From IMG/VR virus record IMGVR_UViG_3300037780_000074: 60,569 nucleotides of DNA; one strand, 5' to 3'. This document shows, piece by piece, positions 34,051 to 42,104 of the stretch. The position numbers and the translations under genes are program-made. The notes under the pieces were generated by a model, which made no database searches, was not told the origin of the DNA, and saw only the letters and a program-made list of their open reading frames with translations. Each line of letters opens with the position of its first letter. Within the stretch, counting starts at the first letter, position 1. This DNA is from a virus.

Positions 34051-35109
34051 ATGGGAACTATAAGTTTATACGAATCACGTTCACTTACGGCTGCAGTTAA
34101 TCAGATCAAACCTGTGAATACAGAGCTTATCAAATTGTTAGGCTTTAAGAATGAAAATCACAGTTCTGATATTATCGACTGGGAGGTAATCTCTGACGAT
34201 AAGCGAATTGCACAGTTTGTTTCTAGAGAAGCAACTGAAGCAAAGCCAGTAAAGAAAACTGCTAGGAGTGCAAAAACAGCAAGAATTCCTAGAACATGGG
34301 AAGAGAAAGTCTTCACTGCTCAAGAAATGAAAGACTTTAGTGTTCTTGGAAATATTTATGCAGCATCAGCTAAAGAAAGAGATGATGCTATAAACTCTAG
34401 AATCTTCGAAGAGCTTGATGTCTTACAAGCAAGAGCTATTAGAAGAAGAGTTCAAATGATTACCTCAATCCTTTCTACAGGAAAAGTAATTATCGACCAA
34501 GAAGATTATCAAGCAGAAATTGATTCTGGTATGATAACAGGTACACTTGCTAATGGTGGACACTTGGTTGATGTATCTGGTTCATTGGATTGGTCATCTT
34601 CGACTGCTTCAATTGATACATTTATTCACCAAGTTAGACAAACAATGTCTAAAAGAGGTAAGACTTCAAGGGTGTGTATCCTAGGTTCTGAGGCATCAGT
34701 ATCATTCATGGCAAATGAGAAAGTGAAAAAAGTGTTAGATAATAACAATGTTCAAGCAGGTAGATTAAGCATGAATTCTCCACAGGATTCATCATTAATC
34801 CCTGTTGGTTCTTTCTATGGCGTTCAGTTCTACGAGCATTCAGAAGAATACAAGAATGATGCAGGTAGTATTGTTCCAATGATTGACCCTAAGAAAGCAA
34901 TCTTTGTTGACCCTAACTCTAATAACAAAATGCATCTTGCTCCAATTCATAGATTTGAAGGTGAGAAGCATGTATCGCATCAAGCAGAATTCTTTATCAG
35001 TTCACGTGTAGAGAAAAATCAGACTTTGGCATGGGACATTGAGCAAAAAGCTCTCCCTCAAATCAAAGACATTGATTCAGTATTATCAGTTAAGGTGATA
35101 CCAGGGTAA
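34051..35109 (+). CDS. Major capsid protein (lambda gpE-like family)
   Basis: 352 aa. N-terminal LYESRSLTAAVNQIKPVNTELIKLLGF pattern and position after the protease and decoration genes. Confidence 0.75.
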   Translation: MGTISLYESRSLTAAVNQIKPVNTELIKLLGFKNENHSSDIIDWEVISDDKRIAQFVSREATEAKPVKKTARSAKTARIPRTWEEKVFTAQEMKDFSVLGNIYAASAKERDDAINSRIFEELDVLQARAIRRRVQMITSILSTGKVIIDQEDYQAEIDSGMITGTLANGGHLVDVSGSLDWSSSTASIDTFIHQVRQTMSKRGKTSRVCILGSEASVSFMANEKVKKVLDNNNVQAGRLSMNSPQDSSLIPVGSFYGVQFYEHSEEYKNDAGSIVPMIDPKKAIFVDPNSNNKMHLAPIHRFEGEKHVSHQAEFFISSRVEKNQTLAWDIEQKALPQIKDIDSVLSVKVIPG

Positions 35110-35543
35110 TGAGTTACTGTGCTGTCAATGATATCAAAACTCCTGAGGGCTTCTTAACTGAAGAAGTCCTCGCAGAGTTAACAACTGAAAAAGGCGAAAC
35201 TGTACAAGTTCGCAATGATAGAGTTGAAGCACTTATAGTAGATAGAAGTGAGTTCATTGACAATCACTTGAGAGATAGGTATTTAGTACCAGTTCCTACT
35301 AATGAAACGATTAAGAATATCTGTGTTAAACTTGTTACTTATGACTTAAAAAAGAAAAGACTAGGTACAAGGCTAAAAGCACCATTTAGCACTTTTGAAA
35401 AGGAAGCGATAAATGAACTTAATCAAATCAAAAAAGGTTCTGTTCAATTGAATGTTGGTGATAGTAATGATAGACCACCATTCATAACTGTGAAGAAAAA
35501 GAAAAGAGAATTTCCGAACGATTTACTTGACAAAATGCCATGA
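35109..35543 (+). CDS. Head-tail connector (Mu gp36/DUF1320-like)
   Basis: MSYCAVNDI ... RVEALIVDRSEFIDNHLRDRYLVPVP. Confidence 0.6.
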   Translation: MSYCAVNDIKTPEGFLTEEVLAELTTEKGETVQVRNDRVEALIVDRSEFIDNHLRDRYLVPVPTNETIKNICVKLVTYDLKKKRLGTRLKAPFSTFEKEAINELNQIKKGSVQLNVGDSNDRPPFITVKKKKREFPNDLLDKMP

Positions 35544-35956
35544 AGAACGAAAACGAATTAGTAGATGAGATAGTACAAACACTCAATGATGAGCTAAACC
35601 CATCAGGGAACAATTATAAAGTTGAAGCATTTCCTGAAGCACCATCTGAGTATGAATTAAATCATCCTAATGGAGCGGTTCTAGTAAGAATGGGTAGTTA
35701 CAGACCAAGCATTCTTAATGGCAATAGACAAAGCGACTTTACTGATGTAATAGTGACTCTATTAGCGAATGGACTCAAAGGAGACATAGGAATCTATTCG
35801 CTAACAGAGGAAGTTAGAAAGGCAATGGCTACTATTTATAAAAAAGGTGCAAGGTTTTACATAACAGGTGCAACTCCACCTGATATATTTCAAGATGACA
35901 TCTGGACAAGGGATATGACATTTACCTTACCTGGTGTCCATATAGTGGGTAATTAA
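35540..35956 (+). CDS. Head completion/neck protein (possibly Mu gp37-like)
   Basis: Call is based on position after the DUF1320-like gene. Confidence 0.4.
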   Translation: MKNENELVDEIVQTLNDELNPSGNNYKVEAFPEAPSEYELNHPNGAVLVRMGSYRPSILNGNRQSDFTDVIVTLLANGLKGDIGIYSLTEEVRKAMATIYKKGARFYITGATPPDIFQDDIWTRDMTFTLPGVHIVGN

Positions 35957-35971
35957 AAACGATATAGTGAG

Positions 35972-36238
35972 ATGATGATACGCATGGAAGAAAGTGCAGA
36001 AAAATGGATAAAAACTATTCTTGTAACTATTGTTACAACAGCTCTTCTTGGGTTGGGGACTTCTCATATTCTTATGATGAGCCGAATGAGTGTTCTTGAA
36101 AACAGAGTACAAAGCAACACACAATCTGTTAAGCAAATAAATGAAAAAATGGATGTCCTCATTGAGTCAATGAATAAATTGACTCAAGAAACTATTAAGC
36201 TACAGCAACAATTTAAGTATTTAGAAAAGGGAAAGTAA
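35972..36238 (+). CDS. Candidate holin
   Basis: 88 aa, one TM segment (ILVTIVTTALLGLGTSHILMM) plus a coiled coil. Lies immediately upstream of the endolysin. Confidence 0.45.
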   Translation: MMIRMEESAEKWIKTILVTIVTTALLGLGTSHILMMSRMSVLENRVQSNTQSVKQINEKMDVLIESMNKLTQETIKLQQQFKYLEKGK

Positions 36239-36648
36239 TGTATAAATACTCAAAAAGAAGTAAAAAGAATTATGATGAATTGCACCCAGATTTGCAGTTG
36301 ATACTAGATCATGCTATTAAAGTGGTAGACCACTCAATCATTGAAGGTCACAGACCAATTGAAGAACAACTCAAAGCATATAATGAAGGTTTCAGCAAAG
36401 TAAAGCGTGGCAAACATAATGAACTACCATCATTGGCGGTTGATGTTCAACCTTACCCACTTTCTAAAAACGAAAGAGAGAAAAGAGAGCAGTTTTATTG
36501 GTTATGCGGAATTCTTTATGGAATTGGTAAAACATTAAAAGCAGAGGGGAAAATATCTCATGATGTTAGGTTCGGAGGAGACTGGGATAAAGACGGTGAC
36601 ATTACTGATAATGGATTCGATGATTTATACCATTTAGAGTTGGTATGA
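36238..36648 (+). CDS. Endolysin, peptidase M15 (VanY / L-Ala-D-Glu peptidase-like)
   Basis: EGHRPIEEQ ... HNELPSLAVDVQPYP ... DDLYHLEL, an H..D...H zinc-site pattern. Confidence 0.75.
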   Translation: MYKYSKRSKKNYDELHPDLQLILDHAIKVVDHSIIEGHRPIEEQLKAYNEGFSKVKRGKHNELPSLAVDVQPYPLSKNEREKREQFYWLCGILYGIGKTLKAEGKISHDVRFGGDWDKDGDITDNGFDDLYHLELV

Positions 36649-37277
36649 TACAAATAACCAAAGCAAAAAGAGAGAAACAAAAATTTAATTTAAAAAGAGG
36701 TTTTAAAATGCCAACAGCAATGCAAAAACTACAGAACAAATACGGAACAGACAGCCTAATGGCTATCAATGAAAACACAGAAAAGATAGTACAGGTAATA
36801 ATCAATAAACTATCGGATGGTTTTCAGCTTACAGATGGTTTCGCTGCATTCTCTCTAATTTCTCCACTAAAAGCAGTTGGAGACAATTGGGAAATGGCTA
36901 AGAAAGAGTACAACGATTTAGTACCCGAAGAGTCGGCAATTGTCTTTACTGATTTAGCAAATAGAGGTTTGAAGTTAGTAGGCGTTGACTTGAACGATAC
37001 TGGTAAAAGAGGTATAGATGACTTGATGATTGTGCTTACATACATTGCAGATCTATATGATTTAATTGATGAAAAGCTAGCCGATGGATATCAAGCTGAG
37101 GACTTAGAATCACTTCCTGAAGTTACTGGTGTAATGCTAAAGATTTTCCAACATCTTGAAGATGTAATTCTGGATATAAAAGACTTATCTGGAAGAGAGT
37201 ACACTGAAGCAATCAGATACTTGACATTGAGAGTTCACACTGCATTAGCAAAACCAAAGGTGAGAATAAGTGCCTAG
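36645..37277 (+). CDS. Hypothetical virion-associated protein
   Basis: ORF of 210 aa with an ATGA overlap with the endolysin stop. Confidence 0.5.
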   Translation: MIQITKAKREKQKFNLKRGFKMPTAMQKLQNKYGTDSLMAINENTEKIVQVIINKLSDGFQLTDGFAAFSLISPLKAVGDNWEMAKKEYNDLVPEESAIVFTDLANRGLKLVGVDLNDTGKRGIDDLMIVLTYIADLYDLIDEKLADGYQAEDLESLPEVTGVMLKIFQHLEDVILDIKDLSGREYTEAIRYLTLRVHTALAKPKVRISA

Positions 37278-37500
37278 GTGGATAAAAATATTGTTTGCTC
37301 TCTTGCCAAAAAAGGCAATTGCAGAGCTAGTACTTTCAGGTCTTAAGAAATTAGCAGAGAAAACAGAAACTACAATTGATGATGAAATACTTAGGAATAT
37401 AGAAAGATGGTTAAGAGAGAACAAGATTTTAGACGAAATCCAAATGAAGAAGCTAAAGAGTATTTCGACGACAGACCAGACGTTGGACAAACAGAAGTAA
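37270..37500 (+). CDS. Hypothetical small protein (GTG start)
   Basis: ORF of 76 aa with a hydrophobic N-terminus (WIKILFALL). Confidence 0.4.
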   Translation: MPRWIKILFALLPKKAIAELVLSGLKKLAEKTETTIDDEILRNIERWLRENKILDEIQMKKLKSISTTDQTLDKQK

Positions 37501-37611
37501 CCATTAAATGGTCATTTCTTCAGAAGCTAATTAAGGTTCTGAAAGACGCACGGATTAATAGAATACAACGAGCTAAGAACAGAATAAAGAACAAAATAAG
37601 AAGAAAGAATA

Positions 37612-38913
37612 ATGGGAATACAAAGGTTTCCAGAGATAGAAAACAATAGTAGTGGTAGCACAACTGGATTGCAAGGAACTTGGAATGCCTCAACAAATAC
37701 ACCTTCATTAGCTAATACTGATACAGGTAAGACTGGTTTAATGTATCAAGTTAGCGTTGGTGGAACGGTTGATTTTGGTGCTGGGAATATCACGTTTGAA
37801 GCTAAGGATATTGTCGTTAACAATGGTGTTATCTGGGATAAGATAGATGCTACGGATGCTGTTCATAGTGTAAATGGGAATACAGGAGCAGTTAATTTAG
37901 ATGCTGATGATATAGATGACACTTCGACTACAAAAAAGTTTACGTCTGCTACTGAAAAAACCAAGCTTTCAGGTATTGCAGAAAATGCAACTGCAAATCC
38001 GAATGCATTTGACAAAACAGCGGATGATACTGACGACTTGACTGAGGGAGCATCTAATAAGTTTTTATCTACAGCCGTTCAAAATCAAATTTCAAGTTTA
38101 GAGTTGCAGTCAGCTAATCAATTTGTTAGCGTATGGAAAACTGATAACACAGGTTTTACCAATGATGACCAAATAAAACTCCCATTAACATCAGGTGGTA
38201 GTTACGATTTTCTAGTTGATTGGGGTGACGGAAAGCAAGATAGAATAACAGCATATAATCAAGCAGAAGTCACGCATACTTATGCAAGTGCAGGGAGTTA
38301 TACCGTTACTATAAGTGGGGAATGTGACGGATGGAGATTTAACAATTCTTCATATACAGACAAAGAGAAACTCATAGAAATTAAGAATTGTGGCTGTTTA
38401 AATATAAGTAATGATAATGCATTCTATGGTTGTAAAAAACTTTTATTCACTTGTTCCGATGAACTTAATGTTGTTGGTTTAACTAATGCTGGTGCTCTGT
38501 TCAGAGATTGTGAACTTACTGAAAAAGTTCCATACTTCGATTTCAGTAATATTACTTCTGCACGTTATATGATGTACGAGTGCCATGCTTTAACTGAGGT
38601 ACCATTTTACAATACTAGTGCATTAGTAGATGGGCTTGGAATGATGGAAAGATGTTACAACTTAACTGAAGTTCCAATGTTTGATTTTAGTGCTTTAACA
38701 AATGGTACTAATATAATGAAATCTGTAGGAGCATTAGCAGGTGGTTTTTCCACTCAAAACTATTCAGATCTACTTATACACTTAGATACATTAACATTAC
38801 AAAATAGTGTGAATTTTTATGTTAATGCAAATTATAATAGTGCTGGCTCTACGGCTAAATCAAATATTATATCGAACCATAGTTGGAACTTCACAGATGC
38901 AGGATTAGAATAA
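37612..38913 (+). CDS. Tail fibre / receptor-binding protein with BspA-type leucine-rich repeats (DUF285-like)
   Basis: N-terminal GTWNASTNTPSLANTDTGKTGLMYQVSVGGTVDFG fibre motif. C-terminal repeats FYGCKKL.., FRDCELTEKVPYFDFSNITSARYMMYECHALTEVP, MERCYNLTEVPMFDFSALTNG. Confidence 0.65.
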   Translation: MGIQRFPEIENNSSGSTTGLQGTWNASTNTPSLANTDTGKTGLMYQVSVGGTVDFGAGNITFEAKDIVVNNGVIWDKIDATDAVHSVNGNTGAVNLDADDIDDTSTTKKFTSATEKTKLSGIAENATANPNAFDKTADDTDDLTEGASNKFLSTAVQNQISSLELQSANQFVSVWKTDNTGFTNDDQIKLPLTSGGSYDFLVDWGDGKQDRITAYNQAEVTHTYASAGSYTVTISGECDGWRFNNSSYTDKEKLIEIKNCGCLNISNDNAFYGCKKLLFTCSDELNVVGLTNAGALFRDCELTEKVPYFDFSNITSARYMMYECHALTEVPFYNTSALVDGLGMMERCYNLTEVPMFDFSALTNGTNIMKSVGALAGGFSTQNYSDLLIHLDTLTLQNSVNFYVNANYNSAGSTAKSNIISNHSWNFTDAGLE

Positions 38914-39395
38914 TGAATACATTTAAAGCAACACAGCAATCATATTGGATTAATGGAGATAAGTACGGAGTTCTAGAAGAGGGTGCAGTATTGACAACTA
39001 AAGAGAAGGCATTTGTTACAACTGATTTAAAAGAGTGGTTGTCAAAGCTTGGTGTTAATACGGAGCAAGAATTACTTGATATCGAGTCTGAGAAAATTGC
39101 AACTCAGAACATAGAATCATTAAAAAAAGAATTAATAAGTAGGGTGAAAACTCTTGTTAAAGAATTGCTTTCAGCTACAGACTACAAGGTAACTAGACAT
39201 CAAGGGCAATCATATCTAGTTCAAAATAATGAATTAGAGTCTACTAGCTTAACCGATGAAGAATACAAAGCTTTTGAGAAAGGAAGGCAGTCAATAAGAG
39301 ACTGGAGCAACGCTAAAGAAATTGAGATTAACAATGCAACCACTATTGAAGAATTAAAAAATATAGATACTAATTATGAAAATGCTAGAATTTGA
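38913..39395 (+). CDS. Hypothetical tail-associated protein
   Basis: The ATG at 38913 overlaps the upstream stop. The track ORF starts at 38883. Confidence 0.5.
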   Translation: MNTFKATQQSYWINGDKYGVLEEGAVLTTKEKAFVTTDLKEWLSKLGVNTEQELLDIESEKIATQNIESLKKELISRVKTLVKELLSATDYKVTRHQGQSYLVQNNELESTSLTDEEYKAFEKGRQSIRDWSNAKEIEINNATTIEELKNIDTNYENARI

Positions 39396-39759
39396 TTTAA
39401 GCCAAGCAATACCAGACCCTGAGTGGAATATATATGGTGCAGAATACTCAAAGAGAAGTCCTAGGCTTGTATCCCTACAAATCCAATGGGATGGATTAAC
39501 AGGAACCTTGGACGGAACACTAGAACTTGAAGTGTCAAATATGGTAACGAGAGGAGAGGGTGAAGAAGACGAGTTTGTAACTCAGGTACCACTGAAGAAA
39601 GATAATGGTGACCCATTAGTGCTTGATTCAGCTAGCAATAAAGATAATTGCAAAATGGTATTGATTGAAGCACCTCACGCAAGTTGGAGACTAAAAGTAA
39701 ACAAAGGTGGTATTACTGCCGGTATTATAAAAGCATTAATGATTGAGCCAAGTGAGTAG
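39376..39759 (+). CDS. Hypothetical tail-associated protein
   Basis: ORF of 127 aa. Confidence 0.5.
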   Translation: MKMLEFDLSQAIPDPEWNIYGAEYSKRSPRLVSLQIQWDGLTGTLDGTLELEVSNMVTRGEGEEDEFVTQVPLKKDNGDPLVLDSASNKDNCKMVLIEAPHASWRLKVNKGGITAGIIKALMIEPSE

Positions 39760-41014
39760 TGGAAGATACATAAAGGGAGTTGATGTCTCTTCTACAGATG
39801 TAGAAGATGAAGTACTGATTCCAATTAATAGTATTGGTGGAGCACCATCACGAAATTTATTGCTCAATTCAAACTTTGATATTTGGCAACGAAGAGCTAC
39901 TAAGTTAGAAGTAAGTAGTAGAAGTAGAACAGCAAATGTAGCTACTATTAATACAAACTATGACCATGGTTACGAGACAGGCGATGAAGTGCAAATATCT
40001 AACATGGATAGTTCAGGATATAATGAAGAAATAGCAACTATTACAGTTACAGGAGCAAATTCATTTACATATCCAAATAGTGGAAGTGATGAAGTTTCAA
40101 CTGCCGAGCCAAGCGGTTTTGTGATTCTTATTAACCGAATAGCAATGACTGTATTTGACCAAGATTACTTAGCCGATAGATGGGTATCACTTAAGAGCAG
40201 TTCAGATGAGACCTTAGTTAAAAAAGGTGACGGTCTAACATTCGAACATGGAAGCAGTCAATATAGTGGATTTGTTCAAGTGGTCCCAAGTCGATATTTC
40301 ATAGGTGATGTGTTTTCTATTGCGTTAAAAGCTAAGACTAGTTCTGGAAGTCCAAAGTTAAGAATAGCACTTTTGAAATGGAATAGTGACTTAGACCAAA
40401 TTGATTTTGATGTAGTAGATACATGGGGTTCTGACCCAACTCTAGAATCTGACTGGTCTTATGCAGGTAAGAGTGACCAAGCAACACTAACAACAGATTA
40501 TCAGACAATCTCAAAAGAGAATATATCTGTTTCAGGTAGTAATAATATTGCGTTTGCAATCTTTACTCAGAGTGTATCAGCAGGTCAAATAATAGATGTG
40601 AAAGAGTGCCAGTTGCTAGTAAGTCAGACTATTGAAGATTACGAGCAACCAAATATTGAATATGAGCTTAATGAGTGCCGAAAGTTCTATCGTAGTAGTT
40701 ACGCATTAGACGAACCAGCTCAACTTATAACAGAGCAAGGTCTAATAAAGTTTCCTGCTTCATTTGGTATCTCGAATGGTAACACGATTGGTACAATGAG
40801 TTTTGAGAGAATGTACGATGTGCCAGTTGTGACTCTATATAGTTCACTTGAACCGCCTGTTGCTAATAAATGGGAAGTATCCACAGGAGTTCAAGTAGGA
40901 ATTACAACTAGCAACGAGGGAGAAAACAGTTTTGTATTAGTAAATGATAGTGGATTTTCAATATCCACATCTAGTGTAAACGGACATTATGTCTGCGAAG
41001 TAACAACAATTTAA
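39743..41014 (+). CDS. Putative tail fibre/structural protein (non-ATG start)
   Basis: 423-aa ORF with no in-frame ATG near its 5' end. Candidate starts are TTG at 39743 or GTG at 39752. Confidence 0.5.
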   Translation: MSQVSSGRYIKGVDVSSTDVEDEVLIPINSIGGAPSRNLLLNSNFDIWQRRATKLEVSSRSRTANVATINTNYDHGYETGDEVQISNMDSSGYNEEIATITVTGANSFTYPNSGSDEVSTAEPSGFVILINRIAMTVFDQDYLADRWVSLKSSSDETLVKKGDGLTFEHGSSQYSGFVQVVPSRYFIGDVFSIALKAKTSSGSPKLRIALLKWNSDLDQIDFDVVDTWGSDPTLESDWSYAGKSDQATLTTDYQTISKENISVSGSNNIAFAIFTQSVSAGQIIDVKECQLLVSQTIEDYEQPNIEYELNECRKFYRSSYALDEPAQLITEQGLIKFPASFGISNGNTIGTMSFERMYDVPVVTLYSSLEPPVANKWEVSTGVQVGITTSNEGENSFVLVNDSGFSISTSSVNGHYVCEVTTI

Positions 41015-41052
41015 AAAGAAAAATAATTATCTAATTTTAAGGAGATTTAACA

Positions 41053-42024
41053 ATGGCTAAAGAAGACGTATCAAAAAGAACCCTAGTATCAGGTATTCCT
41101 GTTGCTTTCTTACTAGGTGTTGTATTCAACTCATTTAGTGGTAAAGTAGGAACAGGTGGTATTGATGATATAGTTACTACTATTCCATTATCTGATGACT
41201 CAGGTAGACTAGCAGACGGCTCAACAATTCAGATTGGTTCTGAGCAAATAACAGTTGGAACTTATGACTCTGACAACAACCAACTTACAGGTTGTACACG
41301 TGGAGCAAACGCAACAACTGCAGCTGCTCATTCAGTAGGTGATGGTATTGTGGTACTGACTGGTGGTATTCAAATTGCTGAGGCAGATTTCAATACACCT
41401 GAATCAAACGACTATCCTAGATTCGGATTTGACAACTTAGGTCAAAATTCAGATTTCATTGCATTCTTACCGTCTAATGCTGAGGCAGGAAGTGGAGAGA
41501 ATACGGAAATAGTATTAGCTGATAATACCAAATTATCACATCCAAAGAACACTAAAGCTTACAAATTGTCAGACGGAACAGAAATTACATCTGTTGAAAG
41601 TGATACTAATAACACCAACTTAGGTAAGGTTAAACTTATTGTTACTGGTGGTGATGTTGAGTCTGCAACTCTTACAGCATTTGAGAAAAAAATAATTGAT
41701 GTTCCAAATCAAGTATTCTTAATTGCTGTTCCTAGAGGTTGGAATGCTAATTCAGAAAACGATACTCCAGATGGTTGGGTTTATATGACTGGTAAGAGAT
41801 CTATTGATTATACAGGCGTTCAAAATGCTGGTGATATAACTCTTGAGTTTAACTCTTATAAGTTACCAGGTTCTGAATCAGAACACCAAACTGCATTCAC
41901 TGGTATTTCTTGGGGTGCATTGACTACATCAGGTCAAAAGCAAAACTTCACACCTCCAACATTGACTAATGACGATGCAGCGAAATTAGGAAAAGGCGAG
42001 ATTGTGCTAAAGGCAGCAGCATAA
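41053..42024 (+). CDS. Abundant virion structural protein (function unassigned)
   Basis: Strong SD (taaggag), own terminator, and the motif LTGCTRGANATTAAAHSVGDGIVVL, which is common in phage tail/fibre proteins. Confidence 0.55.
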   Translation: MAKEDVSKRTLVSGIPVAFLLGVVFNSFSGKVGTGGIDDIVTTIPLSDDSGRLADGSTIQIGSEQITVGTYDSDNNQLTGCTRGANATTAAAHSVGDGIVVLTGGIQIAEADFNTPESNDYPRFGFDNLGQNSDFIAFLPSNAEAGSGENTEIVLADNTKLSHPKNTKAYKLSDGTEITSVESDTNNTNLGKVKLIVTGGDVESATLTAFEKKIIDVPNQVFLIAVPRGWNANSENDTPDGWVYMTGKRSIDYTGVQNAGDITLEFNSYKLPGSESEHQTAFTGISWGALTTSGQKQNFTPPTLTNDDAAKLGKGEIVLKAAA

Positions 42025-42052
42025 TTAGGGTATAGCTCCTAGCTAATTCCAG

Positions 42053-42089
42053 ATAGCAGGCGGAATCTAAAACCTGCCTGCTATTTTTA
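42053..42089 (+). terminator. Rho-independent terminator
   Basis: atagcaggc/gcctgctat forms a 9-bp stem followed by ttttat. Confidence 0.7.
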
Positions 42090-42104
42090 TATAGAGGAAG
42101 TAAG

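Noticed and set aside
21957-35956. Transposable Mu-like phage hypothesis, prompted by the Mu-type portal, F, G, I and gp36-like genes and the Mor-like gene.
   Set aside because: No MuA/MuB-like genes are recognisable. A tyrosine integrase with an adjacent attP-like region and an S24 repressor indicate site-specific integration instead.
37407-37649. An 80-aa ORF overlapping both 37270..37500 and the start of the tail fibre gene.
   Set aside because: It overlaps the upstream ORF by 94 nt, is highly basic and low in complexity, and has no coupling signal. It is left uncalled, although it would fill the gap at 37501-37611.
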